64,000 nucleotides of DNA from Sporofaciens sp. SGI.106 (GCF_050314255.1 NZ_JBNPMZ010000003.1:62204-126203), one strand, 5' to 3'; positions 1 to 10,113 are shown, numbered from the stretch's first letter. Numbers and translations are program-made. Notes: generated from the sequence alone by a model not told the origin.

Positions 1-469
1 CTGCCTTTTCGTCCAGTATTCCTGTAGTTTCTGTCATATAATCTGCCATACTGCTATATTTATAGCGAACAGGATTCTTTATCATCCCCGCTTTTACCGG
101 ATTTAAATGAATATATCTCAAACACGTCCAGAAATACCTCTCATTTTCGATACATTCACTCATGAAGCGATTCTGGAACACATGTCCATTACGGTGGTGT
201 TTATAATTATAATAAGATGCGTATTCGGCCAAAACTCTAGCCATGAATAAAGATAACGTTTCGATTTCTGCCCTGATAATAAAATGAGCATGATTAGACA
301 TAATACAATATGAATATATTTCAACCTTGATTTTTCCTAAAGTCTTTAGAATAATACTCTTCAAGAATATTTTTTCACGCTGCATATTAAATATTTTCTC
401 TTTATTGATACCTTTTACTACAACGTGATAAATACCGGTTGTACTCTTCTTTCTTCTGTGTGTTGCCAC
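1..469 (-). mobile_element. IS200/IS605-family Y1 (HUH) transposase, RAYT-like, partial (runs off the window start)
   Basis: Minus-strand translation from GTG at 469 reads ...TTGIYHVVVKG...CIMSNHAHFII...YKYSS, i.e. YHVV and HxH motifs of Y1 transposases. GGAGGG RBS 6 nt upstream. ORF continues past position 1. Confidence 0.65.
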
Positions 470-484
470 CTTATCCCTCCTTTT

Positions 485-571
485 TATGCAATTAGGGACA
501 GGTACAAATACAATTGGGTACACCACAAATGTTAATTCAGGACGTAGCAAAATGCATTTTGCTACGTCCCC
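485..571. repeat. IS200-like end / REP-like element: two CAATTGGGTACA-type direct repeats followed by a 30-bp perfect palindrome (540-569)
   Basis: GGACGTAGCAAAATGCATTTTGCTACGTCC is a perfect palindrome. Immediately upstream of the transposase start. A second copy is at 56590-56690. Confidence 0.6.
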
Positions 572-576
572 TTTTT

Positions 577-885
577 TTAGCTAAGTTCAACTTTTACTGC
601 CTCTTCCGGCTTAAACTCATTCTCCAGATCATAGATATTGTGTCCTGTAGATTCTCCCAGAACTCTTCCCTCCAGAGAATAGCAGCGGATAAATCTCTTC
701 ACATCGATGCTGGACCAGTGCTCTACATCCCAGCTCATGTATCCGTCTGCATCTGATTTTTTCTCTCCCAGATACAAGTCTACCTGGCGGCCGTTTCTCA
801 TCAACTCAATGAGACCTTTGGTTCCATCCACTTCTAACTCTTCTTTTTTTACTGAATCGTACACTTTCATGCTTATTCCCTCCAA
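577..885 (-). CDS. hypothetical protein (102 aa)
   Basis: ORF only. No recognisable motif. Confidence 0.3.
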   Translation of the reverse strand: MEGISMKVYDSVKKEELEVDGTKGLIELMRNGRQVDLYLGEKKSDADGYMSWDVEHWSSIDVKRFIRCYSLEGRVLGESTGHNIYDLENEFKPEEAVKVELS

Positions 886-932
886 TGCATTTTTGAAAAT
901 TCTGATACTAAGAATTATACCTTTTTTACCTG

Positions 933-1616
933 CTAATGTAAAGAGTCCCGCTCCGCGAGCAATAGCTTTTCACTATATTTAAGAAGCTTCGCCGTATCCT
1001 TCATCAATGCAGATATTCTGATATGCTCAAGTGCCGGAACATTATTCTTCATGGAATCATAGGTCTTCTCATCGATACGAAATCCAAACTGGATTGCAAA
1101 GCGGATTGCGCGGAATATTGTTCTTGGATTTTTCTCGATACTTCTTTCATCGCAGCATCTGATGATTTTATTTTCCATATCCTCTTTTCCACCCATGTAA
1201 TCCACGATTTCCCGACTGTCAATATCATAAGCCATAGCATTCATGGTGAAATCCCGATTACATAGATCTTCTTCCAGACTATTTCCTTTGAATTTGACAA
1301 GATCAATTTTTTCATTATTAATGATAGCGATCACATATCCGACGATACTGCCGGATGCATCGTATTCAATGTTGTTCTCCTTCAATACCTGAACAATTTC
1401 TTCCGGTGATGCTGAGCAGCAGAAATCATAATCATCCGGCGTGCGTTCCAATAACATATCTCTGACGCATCCTCCTACTAAGTATATTTCATATCCCCTT
1501 CTTTTCATCAGATTATGTATCGTCACGACATAGTCCGGAAGTTCACAGTTGTGTTTATATGTTCTTTTTTCCTTCATTCTTAACCTCTTTTTCTTCTTCA
1601 ATCCTTTATCAACCAT
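933..1616 (-). CDS. poly(A) polymerase / CCA-adding-enzyme family nucleotidyltransferase, short (head domain only)
   Basis: GGCVRDMLLERTPDDYDF matches the GGxVRDxLLG...DxD head-domain motif. At 227 aa it is shorter than canonical CCA enzymes. Start may be the internal Met at 1577. Confidence 0.55.
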   Translation of the reverse strand: MVDKGLKKKKRLRMKEKRTYKHNCELPDYVVTIHNLMKRRGYEIYLVGGCVRDMLLERTPDDYDFCCSASPEEIVQVLKENNIEYDASGSIVGYVIAIINNEKIDLVKFKGNSLEEDLCNRDFTMNAMAYDIDSREIVDYMGGKEDMENKIIRCCDERSIEKNPRTIFRAIRFAIQFGFRIDEKTYDSMKNNVPALEHIRISALMKDTAKLLKYSEKLLLAERDSLH

Positions 1617-1712
1617 TTGCAGGACTCAGCCTTTCAAGACTTGCTCGCGAGTCTTGAGAGGGATTCGGGCCTTTACTAATCCGAATCCCTGCACATCTTC
1701 GCACAGCGCATA

Positions 1713-3572
1713 CTATGCCTGCTCCAGCACACCGGCATAAAGATTGTAATATATACCTCTTTTATCAATAAGCTCCTCATGTGTACCGGTCTCTACCACA
1801 CGCCCCTGATCAAGAACTACGATTTTATCCGCATTTTTAATTGTAGAAAGTCTGTGTGCAATCACGAAAACGGTTCTGCCCTTCATCAATGTATCCAGCC
1901 CGCAGTCGATAAGCATCTCCGTTCTTGTATCGATAGAGCTTGTCGCCTCATCCAGTATCAGCACCGGGAATTGTCCGACAGAAGCTCTGGCAATGGCAAG
2001 AAGCTGTCGCTCTCCCTGGCTCAGAGCTGCACCGGCATGTGTCAGAACCGTATCATATCCATCAGGGAGATTGCCAATAAAATAATCGGCATTGGCCAGC
2101 TGTGCAGCCTTTCTGACATCCTCATCTGAGGCATCCAGACGTCCATATCTGATATTTTCTGCAACAGTGTCGGTAAATAAATGTGTTTCCTGAGGAACCA
2201 TACCTGCAGCACGCCTCAAATCCGACTTCTTAATATCCCGGATATTGATGTCATCAAAATATATTTCTCCCGAACGGATTTCATAAAGCCTGTTCAGCAG
2301 GTTAATGATTGTCGTTTTTCCCGCTCCTGTAGTGCCCACAATAGCAATCTTCTGTCCCGGTTGGGCATGCAGATTAAAATCCCGAAGCACGGTCTGATTT
2401 TCCGTATAACCGAATACAACATGTTCAAAGGAAATCTTTCCCTCACAGGGTATGCAGGTTCCATCTTCCAGTTTCCATGCATATTTTCCTGTGTACGTTT
2501 CACACTCCTGTACGTGTTCGCCATCCATTGTGCAGTTGACAAGTGACACCTTTCCTTCATCGATTTCCGGTTCCTGATTCAGAAAATCAAATACTCTCTC
2601 TGCTCCTGCCAGTGCTGAAAACAGATTATTTACCTGCTTGGAAATTCTGGTTACCGGTGAGATCAGGTTCCGGTAATACACAAGAAAGGCTCCGACCGTG
2701 CCCACATCCGCCGCGCCATACAGGGACAAGGCACAACCGCAGGCTGCCACGATCGTATATCCGATATTCGTAAGTCCCTTTGTGAGACTGAACATGCTGT
2801 CAGCAAAAAAATCCGACTTACCGGCTGTCTGAAAAAGCTCTTTATTGATATCACCGAATTTCTTCTTTACTTTTTCTTCCCGTGTAAATGCCTTTATCTC
2901 CATTTTACCATTGATCATTTCCTCCCCGTAAGCATTCAGCTCACCAAGAGAACGCTGCTGACCGATAAAATACACTGCTTTGTTACCAACCAGAAACTTT
3001 AAAGTCAGGGCAAGAAGTGACACACATAGAACAACTACTATTGCCAACGGAATATTTACGAAGAAAATGGTCAGCAAAATGGATAGGCACGTAACCACTC
3101 CTTCAATAATTCTTGGAAAGCTCTGTCTTAACATATTGCTTAATGCATCCACGTCATTAGAATAATAGCTCATAATCCTTCCATTATTGTTCGTACTGAA
3201 ATACGAAACAGGAAGCTTTTCCATTGCCTCAAACATTTCGCTTCTGACCTGACACATAATATTATTACTGATTCCGGCCATAATACCATTCTGTATAAAT
3301 AACGTTGTTACCGAGCAAAGATAAAGCACCGCCATGATAGACAGTATCCGCAAGAATCCGGACATATCCGGATTTTTCTGCCCAATCAGAGGCACAATAT
3401 AATCATTGATAGCCGGTTTTAGATAATAGGTTGCACGTACACCGCTTATGGAACTGATAATTACACATATAAAAACAATGAACAGGCGCACCCTGTAGGA
3501 AGCCATGTATTTGAACAACCTGAAAAAGACCTGTTTAGCATTATTCGGTTTGTTTCTTTTCTTACCGCCCAT
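1713..3572 (-). CDS. ABC transporter ATP-binding/permease protein (exporter half-transporter), with Cys4 insert in the NBD
   Basis: 6-TM N-terminal domain. Walker A GTTGAGKTT, signature LSQGERQ, Walker B ILILDEAT. Start moved to MGGKKRNK (ATG 3572) with GGAGG RBS. Confidence 0.85.
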   Translation of the reverse strand: MGGKKRNKPNNAKQVFFRLFKYMASYRVRLFIVFICVIISSISGVRATYYLKPAINDYIVPLIGQKNPDMSGFLRILSIMAVLYLCSVTTLFIQNGIMAGISNNIMCQVRSEMFEAMEKLPVSYFSTNNNGRIMSYYSNDVDALSNMLRQSFPRIIEGVVTCLSILLTIFFVNIPLAIVVVLCVSLLALTLKFLVGNKAVYFIGQQRSLGELNAYGEEMINGKMEIKAFTREEKVKKKFGDINKELFQTAGKSDFFADSMFSLTKGLTNIGYTIVAACGCALSLYGAADVGTVGAFLVYYRNLISPVTRISKQVNNLFSALAGAERVFDFLNQEPEIDEGKVSLVNCTMDGEHVQECETYTGKYAWKLEDGTCIPCEGKISFEHVVFGYTENQTVLRDFNLHAQPGQKIAIVGTTGAGKTTIINLLNRLYEIRSGEIYFDDINIRDIKKSDLRRAAGMVPQETHLFTDTVAENIRYGRLDASDEDVRKAAQLANADYFIGNLPDGYDTVLTHAGAALSQGERQLLAIARASVGQFPVLILDEATSSIDTRTEMLIDCGLDTLMKGRTVFVIAHRLSTIKNADKIVVLDQGRVVETGTHEELIDKRGIYYNLYAGVLEQA

Positions 3573-3573
3573 A

Positions 3574-5298
3574 TTACACTGACCTCCGCTGACTTTCATA
3601 AATCTCACCATATATCCTGCTCTTGGCCAACAGTTCCTCATGACTTCCGACAGCGTCTATTTCTCCGTCATTGAGCACCACAATTTTATCGGCATTCTGT
3701 ATAGAAGACAAACGCTGCGAAATCATAACAATCGTTGTATCCTTATACTCTTTTAACAGAGAATTGATGATTCTTCCTTCTGTAGCATTGTCCACAGCAC
3801 TCAGGCTATCATCAAAGATGAGGATTTTCGGCCTTTTCAACAATGCACGGGCAATACAGAGTCTCTGCCTTTGCCCGCCGGAAACGGTCAATCCTCCCTG
3901 TCCAATCTGCGTGTCATATCCGTCCGGAAACGACATGATAAAATCATTGGCATCAGCTGCGCAGCAGGCCTTTACAATTTCCTGAGGGGATGCGTCTTCA
4001 TTTCCCCACAGAAGATTCTCTTTTATCGTCCCGGAAAAAAGAACACAATGCTGGGGAACCAGTCCGATTGTCTGCCGCAGCGTTCCAAAACTGTAATCCC
4101 GTATATTCCTGCCGCCAACCTCAATCGTTCCACTCATACACTCATAAAATCTGGGAATGAGATTAATCAAAGAAGTTTTTCCCGAGCCGGAAGAACCGGT
4201 AATCCCTACAAATTCTCCTGATTTGATGTGAATACTAATATTCTTCAAAACCCGTTTTGTCTCATCATTATAGTAACTGAATTTTACATTTTCAAAAATG
4301 ACCGAGCCATCTTCCGGTAAAATGTCAGCATTTTCCATATCTTCAAAGGCGGGTTCTGTATTGATAATCTCGAAAACTCTATCCAGAGAAATCTGTGCAC
4401 TCAGCACCGGAACCATAATCAGTGCAACAATATAAATCTGCAAAAGAATCTGATTCGTGTAACTGATCACACAGAAAAGGTCTCCCGCCTGCATGTTGCC
4501 GGCAATAATTGAGCGGCCCCCCACATACATGATCAGGAGGATGCAGATATTCATTACCATGTGAAGAAGCGGGTCATTTAATACCGTAATGCTTTCTGCC
4601 GCAAATGATTCTTCCTTAAGCTCGTTAGCTTTTCTTATAAACTTTTCATTTTCATACTGCTCTCTGGAAAAGGCCTTGACCGTTCTCTCTGCCGTCACAG
4701 CCTCCTCCAATATGTTACTCAATTCATCATACCGCACAAACATCTGGCGATAATGCTTTAAGGCTACCCGAACAATAAAGAAGAGGATAACTACAAACAA
4801 CACGGCAGCAACAATAAATATCCATGACACATTTGCATAGACACGGACCGTCATAAAAATGGTACATGCGATCATAATCGGACATCGAATCATGGAATGA
4901 TACATTCCCAGAGCTTTTTTTATAAAATTCATGTCTGTGGACATTCTGGTAAGAATCGTCGCAGGCCCATATTTGTCAGTATCAGAAAAGGGAAGCTCCT
5001 GAACCTTCTCAAACAGGGCGTTTCGAAGATTTCTGGTAATCCCCGATGACCAGGTCGCAATCAGATAGCTTTCCAGCATCCCCACAAATACAAGTATGAC
5101 AGAAGCACCGATCATGAGCACACCTTTACTTATGATAATACTCATGTCCTTCCTGTTGATTCCCAGATCCAGCATATCACTCATAAGATATGGAATCAGA
5201 ATTTCCAGTGCCACATCTACCAGAATGGCAAATGGCAGAAGTGCCAGAGCATATTTATATTTACCTGAATAATTCCATAATAATTTAATTCTTTTCAT
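3574..5298 (-). CDS. ABC transporter ATP-binding/permease protein (exporter half-transporter, partner of 1713-3572)
   Basis: TMD plus NBD with GSSGSGKTS, LSGGQRQ, ILIFDDSLSAVD. Confidence 0.85.
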   Translation of the reverse strand: MKRIKLLWNYSGKYKYALALLPFAILVDVALEILIPYLMSDMLDLGINRKDMSIIISKGVLMIGASVILVFVGMLESYLIATWSSGITRNLRNALFEKVQELPFSDTDKYGPATILTRMSTDMNFIKKALGMYHSMIRCPIMIACTIFMTVRVYANVSWIFIVAAVLFVVILFFIVRVALKHYRQMFVRYDELSNILEEAVTAERTVKAFSREQYENEKFIRKANELKEESFAAESITVLNDPLLHMVMNICILLIMYVGGRSIIAGNMQAGDLFCVISYTNQILLQIYIVALIMVPVLSAQISLDRVFEIINTEPAFEDMENADILPEDGSVIFENVKFSYYNDETKRVLKNISIHIKSGEFVGITGSSGSGKTSLINLIPRFYECMSGTIEVGGRNIRDYSFGTLRQTIGLVPQHCVLFSGTIKENLLWGNEDASPQEIVKACCAADANDFIMSFPDGYDTQIGQGGLTVSGGQRQRLCIARALLKRPKILIFDDSLSAVDNATEGRIINSLLKEYKDTTIVMISQRLSSIQNADKIVVLNDGEIDAVGSHEELLAKSRIYGEIYESQRRSV

Positions 5299-8159
5299 TA
5301 TACATACTTCCTGAATTCATCAAGATACAGATTGATAAAATGTTCCACGTTTTCTTTCTTATAAAGAGACGCATGATATTTGAACAGTATCACAGGCTTC
5401 TCATCCCTGTCTCCTTCCAGCATGATGACGTAAAATACATTCGTATTTGCTTTATTATTGTTGATCAGAGACTCTGATCTGACACCATCCGGTATCCACT
5501 GATGTTCTGCCTTCTCGTCACATGGAATATAATTTACGGTAATTGTGTCATCCAAAACAGGACGGGTATCAAAATCTCCCGGTGACAGATCGCTGTATTC
5601 CATATTTTCCTGATTAATGCGGCGTACTTCCTGAATGATGGACTCCATACTTTCAAATTCGGACAGATCCATTGCCACCGGCAGGGCAGTGATCAAAAGT
5701 CCTGTCATATCCTGTTTCAGCCTCGTATTTCTGCCGCCGTACAGCCAGTTTACCACTTCCCTGCTGCTTCCATTGTAGCGTCCCATGGTTCTGAGGGTCA
5801 GCGCGATAAGAAACTCTAATGGCGTAGCATCAATTCCGGACAGCTTCGCCTTAAATTCCTCTGCTGAAACATCCAGCGTAACTGCAATTGTCTCTATCTC
5901 ACAGGAGTCTTCATCATAATCAAATTCAGGATGACGATCAAAGGTTTCATCCGGTTTCACTATATTTTTTATATTACTTCTGATATCGGATAAATATTGT
6001 AAATAGGAGCAATAATAATCCGGAGCCAGCTCTTCGCCCTTCAGAACAGAAAAAATATCTCTTACCGTGATATCCATAGAGCTTTTATCCGAAATAATAT
6101 GCTGCATGTCCAAAAACAGATAAATCGTTTCCGGCGTACAGTAAATCCTGCTTCGATACAAAGGACCGTCTAACAGATGAAATGGCTGTACCATTTTCTG
6201 TTTTTCTTCCTCAAATTCTTCTTCCGAAAAATATATAATCTCAGGTACCGTTACCACTTCAGGCGCTATCCTCTGAACAACACTTCCGTCTTCCTGTCTG
6301 CTCAGGACCAGACTGTAGGAAGGATGATATCTGAGGACCTGATACACGGCTTCTGCCAGCTTCTCCGGATCCACTGTACCGGATGGGATGCTAATCAGCT
6401 GTGGTGTATTGGCCAGAACAATCCCCGGAAAGGATTCCCAGTATCCAAAATAATGCTTCTGATATTCACTCAGCTCGTAGGTTTTCTGTCTGTAAGCGGC
6501 ATCATTTTTCCAATCGATATACTTACCTTTATTCAATTTCAATGCAATCTTCTTCGGTGTCCTGCTGTTTACGATATCCTTTACAAGAAGTCCGTCATCA
6601 TCCAGCATTGCAATCAGCTCCATGACCGACAAAGAATCTCCTCCGATATCGAAGAAATCATCGTTGCGTCCAATTTTCGGAAGATTCAGTATTTTCTCCA
6701 TCGCAGCACAGATCTTTTTTTCCTTCTCATCTGCCGGTGCCTCATAGTCGCGCTGATACGTCTTCTGTTGCGGCGCTTCCAGCCTCTTTCTGTCATATTT
6801 TCCACTGACAGTCAACGGGAATTCATCCATTTCCACAAAATAGGCAGGAATCATGAAAGGCGGCAGCTTCTCTCTTATGTTCGTCTCAATGACTTCCCGT
6901 GTCACATCTTTCCGGTCCGTAATATAGTATGCACAAAGATATGGCTTACCGGATGCATCCCGGAATCCTTTTACAATACTTGCTTTTACACCAGGAACGT
7001 TGCAGATTGCAGCTTCTACTTCAAAAGGCTCCACTCTCTGCCCGTTGATTTTAATCATCCAGTCTTTGCGGTTGACATACACAACATTTCCATTCTCATC
7101 CTTATATCCCATATCGTTGGTTCGAAGCCTGGTCATTCCGTTTTCAAGCTTCTCAAAGGCTTTTGCCGTTTCTTCGGGCTTATGATAATATCCCTCTGCC
7201 ATATAACCGGTCACACAGATTTCCCCTTCTGTAAGATTCGGAACCTCATGTCCTTCTTCATCCAGAATTTCCACTGTAAATCCTCCAAATGCTTTTCCTA
7301 CCGGTGTATTGTCGTATTTCTTATCAATAATGAAATATGTCAGAGCGGTAAATGCTTCTGTCATACCATAAATATTGTAAATCTCGTGCTCGTCCGAATG
7401 TATTCCTACAACTCTCTGCCCGAAAGTAAGCACTCTCTTCAACCCTCTGGTGTGTCCGAAAAAGCGGAGCATACCGGGATTGATGCCACTGCATACGATG
7501 TTATGCTTATTAAAGTAGTCCGTCATAAGATTCACATCCTTGCGAACCTCTTCACTCAGTAAATGAACCGTTCCTCCAAGATAGAGCGGCCCCAGGCAGT
7601 CATGAGAAAAAGCCGCAAAAGACATGGATACTGCCGCAGCTGCAATGATTTCGTCAAGTCCCTCAAACAGCATAGCAGAACGCTTAATATTTTCATCCAC
7701 ACACTTCATGCTGTAATATACCCCTTTGGGATGTCCTGTAGAACCGGAAGTATAATTCATACAGACAATCTGATCCCAGGGAATATCGTTTTCCATATAA
7801 GGTTCGAATTCTTCAATATCCTCAAAAAAGGATTCTGTGATTACCAGCGGTGAGCCACAGTCATTCATAATATACTGTATCCGATCCTCCGGGTATTCTA
7901 AAACTGCAGGCACCAGAGCCAGCCCGGCCCGGATGACTCCATAATAAGCGGCGACGTATTCCGCACATCTTCCCATGCGGATAACAATAAAGCTTCCTGC
8001 AGGGAAATCTAAACTTCTCAGCTTGGACGCAACACGGCCAACCAGTATATCAAAGTCTTTGTAGCTTATGCTTCTTTTCCCGTTCTGATCCACAATAGCG
8101 ATCGTATTCGGGATTCTGTCTGCGGTTTTCGTAAGTACTTCAAGAAAATTCTCCATCAT
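5298..8159 (-). CDS. single-module non-ribosomal peptide synthetase, A-T-C architecture
   Basis: Adenylation core motifs YTSGSTGHPKG, YGMTEA, YRTNDMG, GRKDWMIKINGQRVE, LPPFMIPAYFV...SGKYDRK. Carrier motif FFDIGGDSL. C-terminal ~420 aa condensation-like domain starting LSEYQKHYFGYW, with QHIISD in place of HHxxxDG. Start set to MMENF (8159) with AGGAGA RBS. Confidence 0.8.
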   Translation of the reverse strand: MMENFLEVLTKTADRIPNTIAIVDQNGKRSISYKDFDILVGRVASKLRSLDFPAGSFIVIRMGRCAEYVAAYYGVIRAGLALVPAVLEYPEDRIQYIMNDCGSPLVITESFFEDIEEFEPYMENDIPWDQIVCMNYTSGSTGHPKGVYYSMKCVDENIKRSAMLFEGLDEIIAAAAVSMSFAAFSHDCLGPLYLGGTVHLLSEEVRKDVNLMTDYFNKHNIVCSGINPGMLRFFGHTRGLKRVLTFGQRVVGIHSDEHEIYNIYGMTEAFTALTYFIIDKKYDNTPVGKAFGGFTVEILDEEGHEVPNLTEGEICVTGYMAEGYYHKPEETAKAFEKLENGMTRLRTNDMGYKDENGNVVYVNRKDWMIKINGQRVEPFEVEAAICNVPGVKASIVKGFRDASGKPYLCAYYITDRKDVTREVIETNIREKLPPFMIPAYFVEMDEFPLTVSGKYDRKRLEAPQQKTYQRDYEAPADEKEKKICAAMEKILNLPKIGRNDDFFDIGGDSLSVMELIAMLDDDGLLVKDIVNSRTPKKIALKLNKGKYIDWKNDAAYRQKTYELSEYQKHYFGYWESFPGIVLANTPQLISIPSGTVDPEKLAEAVYQVLRYHPSYSLVLSRQEDGSVVQRIAPEVVTVPEIIYFSEEEFEEEKQKMVQPFHLLDGPLYRSRIYCTPETIYLFLDMQHIISDKSSMDITVRDIFSVLKGEELAPDYYCSYLQYLSDIRSNIKNIVKPDETFDRHPEFDYDEDSCEIETIAVTLDVSAEEFKAKLSGIDATPLEFLIALTLRTMGRYNGSSREVVNWLYGGRNTRLKQDMTGLLITALPVAMDLSEFESMESIIQEVRRINQENMEYSDLSPGDFDTRPVLDDTITVNYIPCDEKAEHQWIPDGVRSESLINNNKANTNVFYVIMLEGDRDEKPVILFKYHASLYKKENVEHFINLYLDEFRKYV

Positions 8160-8169
8160 TTCCCGTCTC

Positions 8170-8739
8170 CTATTTCTGTTCTTTTCTCCATTCCCGGGCT
8201 GCATCTTTCAGCTCCTCCATAAACTGAGCCTTTGCCGGTCCGTACTTGGACGGCTCATCTGCATATTGGGAAATCAGTTTCCGCTTAAGCGCAATATATG
8301 CCTCCCTGGCTTCAGCGTTCGCTGTACAGTAATCCCTTAAATTAATATAGTCATTCCATTTCTTCGTATCCTTTAATACCACATGGATATGACATGCGCG
8401 TTCTGTCGTTCCCGGATTATCCTTATAAAACTCTCTCTGCCCTGTAATAACCTCTCCTGAATAATGGATACCAAGTTTTTCCAGGTCATCCACATATGGA
8501 AGCACATCTTCCAGATTGTTCACAGCAACCGCTATATCGATCAACGGTTTTGAGTACATCCCCGGAATAGCAGTGCTGCCCACATGCTGTACATCCACCG
8601 CATCCTTCATCACACTTTTCAAAACGTCTACCATCTCCTGACCGAGAACTGCCCAATTCGGATCATATTCCTCCATCTGAAGTTTTCCATCTTCTACACC
8701 AAGTCCCATTGTATCTTCCTCCTTTTTTGTATTTACCAT
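8170..8739 (-). CDS. GrpB family protein (nucleotidyltransferase-fold, UPF0157)
   Basis: EEYDPNW... and VQHVGSTAIPGMYSKPLIDI motifs typical of GrpB. Start uncertain. Confidence 0.7.
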   Translation of the reverse strand: MVNTKKEEDTMGLGVEDGKLQMEEYDPNWAVLGQEMVDVLKSVMKDAVDVQHVGSTAIPGMYSKPLIDIAVAVNNLEDVLPYVDDLEKLGIHYSGEVITGQREFYKDNPGTTERACHIHVVLKDTKKWNDYINLRDYCTANAEAREAYIALKRKLISQYADEPSKYGPAKAQFMEELKDAAREWRKEQK

Positions 8740-8751
8740 CCGAAACCTCTA

Positions 8752-10068
8752 TTAGTGATTCCGGATAAACTTCATCCACGCCTTGATTTCTTTTTCTTTT
8801 CCGTTGTCACTCGCCTCATAGAACCGCGTATCTTTTATTTCTTCAGGAAGATACTGCTGCTCTACAAAATGATTTGGATAGTCATGAGCATATTTATATC
8901 CGATTCCATGTCCCAGATTTTTTGATCCGCCGTAATGAGCGTCCTGAAGGTGAGCGGGAACCGTTGTCTTATAGTTTTTTACATTTTCCATGGCCGCTGA
9001 AATGGCATTTACTGCCGAGTTGCTCTTGGGTGCCGTTGCTACGTAGAGCACTGCCTGCGACAGTATAATCTGGGCTTCGGGCATTCCTACCCGCTCAACG
9101 GCCTGAGCTGCCGACACAGCTACTGTAAGCGCCATGGGATCTGCATTTCCCACATCCTCTGAGGCACAGATCATAATCCTGCGGGCGATGAACTTGATAT
9201 CCTCCCCGGCATACAGCATTTTTGCCAGATAGTACACCGCAGCATCCGGATCGGATCCCCGCATGCTTTTGATAAATGCGGAAATGGTATCATAATGGTT
9301 GTCACCTGTTTTGTCGTAACGGACTACCCGCTTCTGGATACATTCGCTGGCCACATCCAGCGTCAGGTGTATCTTTCCATCTGCACTCCTCTCCGTAGTG
9401 AGAATGCCAAGTTCCACTGCGTTCAATGCATTTCTGGCATCTCCACCGGCAATGTCGGCCAGAAATTCCAGCGCATCCTCATCGATTACCGCCCGGTAGC
9501 TTCCCATCCCTTTCTCTGTATCATAAACCGCGCGCTTCAAAAGCACTTTAATATCCTCTTTATCCAGAGGATGCAGCTCAAAAATGCTGGAACGGGAAAT
9601 GAGAGCCCCATTCACCTCAAAATATGGATTTTCCGTGGTTGCTCCAATCAGGATAATCGTTCCGTCTTCCACAAACGGCAGAAGATAATCCTGCTGCCCC
9701 TTATTGAAACGGTGAATCTCATCTACAAAGAGGATCGTCTTCTTTCCATACATTCCCTGCAGTTCTTTTGCCTTTTTCACCACTTCTTCCATATCCTTCT
9801 TGCCCGCCACCGTCGCATTGATCTGTGTAAATTCCGCGCTGGTGGTATTGGCAATCACCTTCGCCAAAGTGGTCTTTCCTGTTCCCGGAGGACCGTAGAA
9901 AATGATCGAGCTTATTTTATCTGCTTTTATGGCACGATATAAAAGCTTGTCCTTTCCTATAATATGCTGCTGCCCCACCACTTCATCCAGCGTGGTCGGA
10001 CGGAGTCTGGAAGCCAAAGGCGACTCCTTCTCCATATTCTGTTCCCGCATATAATCAAATAAATCCAT
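8752..10068 (-). CDS. rarA: replication-associated recombination protein A (AAA ATPase RarA/MgsA)
   Basis: LASRLRPTTLDE, Walker A GPPGTGKTT, and a MgsA C-terminal region. Start set at MDLFDY with GAGGA RBS. Confidence 0.9.
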   Translation of the reverse strand: MDLFDYMREQNMEKESPLASRLRPTTLDEVVGQQHIIGKDKLLYRAIKADKISSIIFYGPPGTGKTTLAKVIANTTSAEFTQINATVAGKKDMEEVVKKAKELQGMYGKKTILFVDEIHRFNKGQQDYLLPFVEDGTIILIGATTENPYFEVNGALISRSSIFELHPLDKEDIKVLLKRAVYDTEKGMGSYRAVIDEDALEFLADIAGGDARNALNAVELGILTTERSADGKIHLTLDVASECIQKRVVRYDKTGDNHYDTISAFIKSMRGSDPDAAVYYLAKMLYAGEDIKFIARRIMICASEDVGNADPMALTVAVSAAQAVERVGMPEAQIILSQAVLYVATAPKSNSAVNAISAAMENVKNYKTTVPAHLQDAHYGGSKNLGHGIGYKYAHDYPNHFVEQQYLPEEIKDTRFYEASDNGKEKEIKAWMKFIRNH

Positions 10069-10113
10069 TTCCTCACCTGTCCTGTTTCTTTTCAAAATCA
10101 CATCTGTCCAAAA

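Noticed and set aside
6177-7562. 461-aa plus-strand ORF inside the NRPS gene
   Set aside because: Antisense shadow ORF within a well-supported minus-strand CDS. Low-complexity, Phe/Ile/Leu-rich translation with no motifs.
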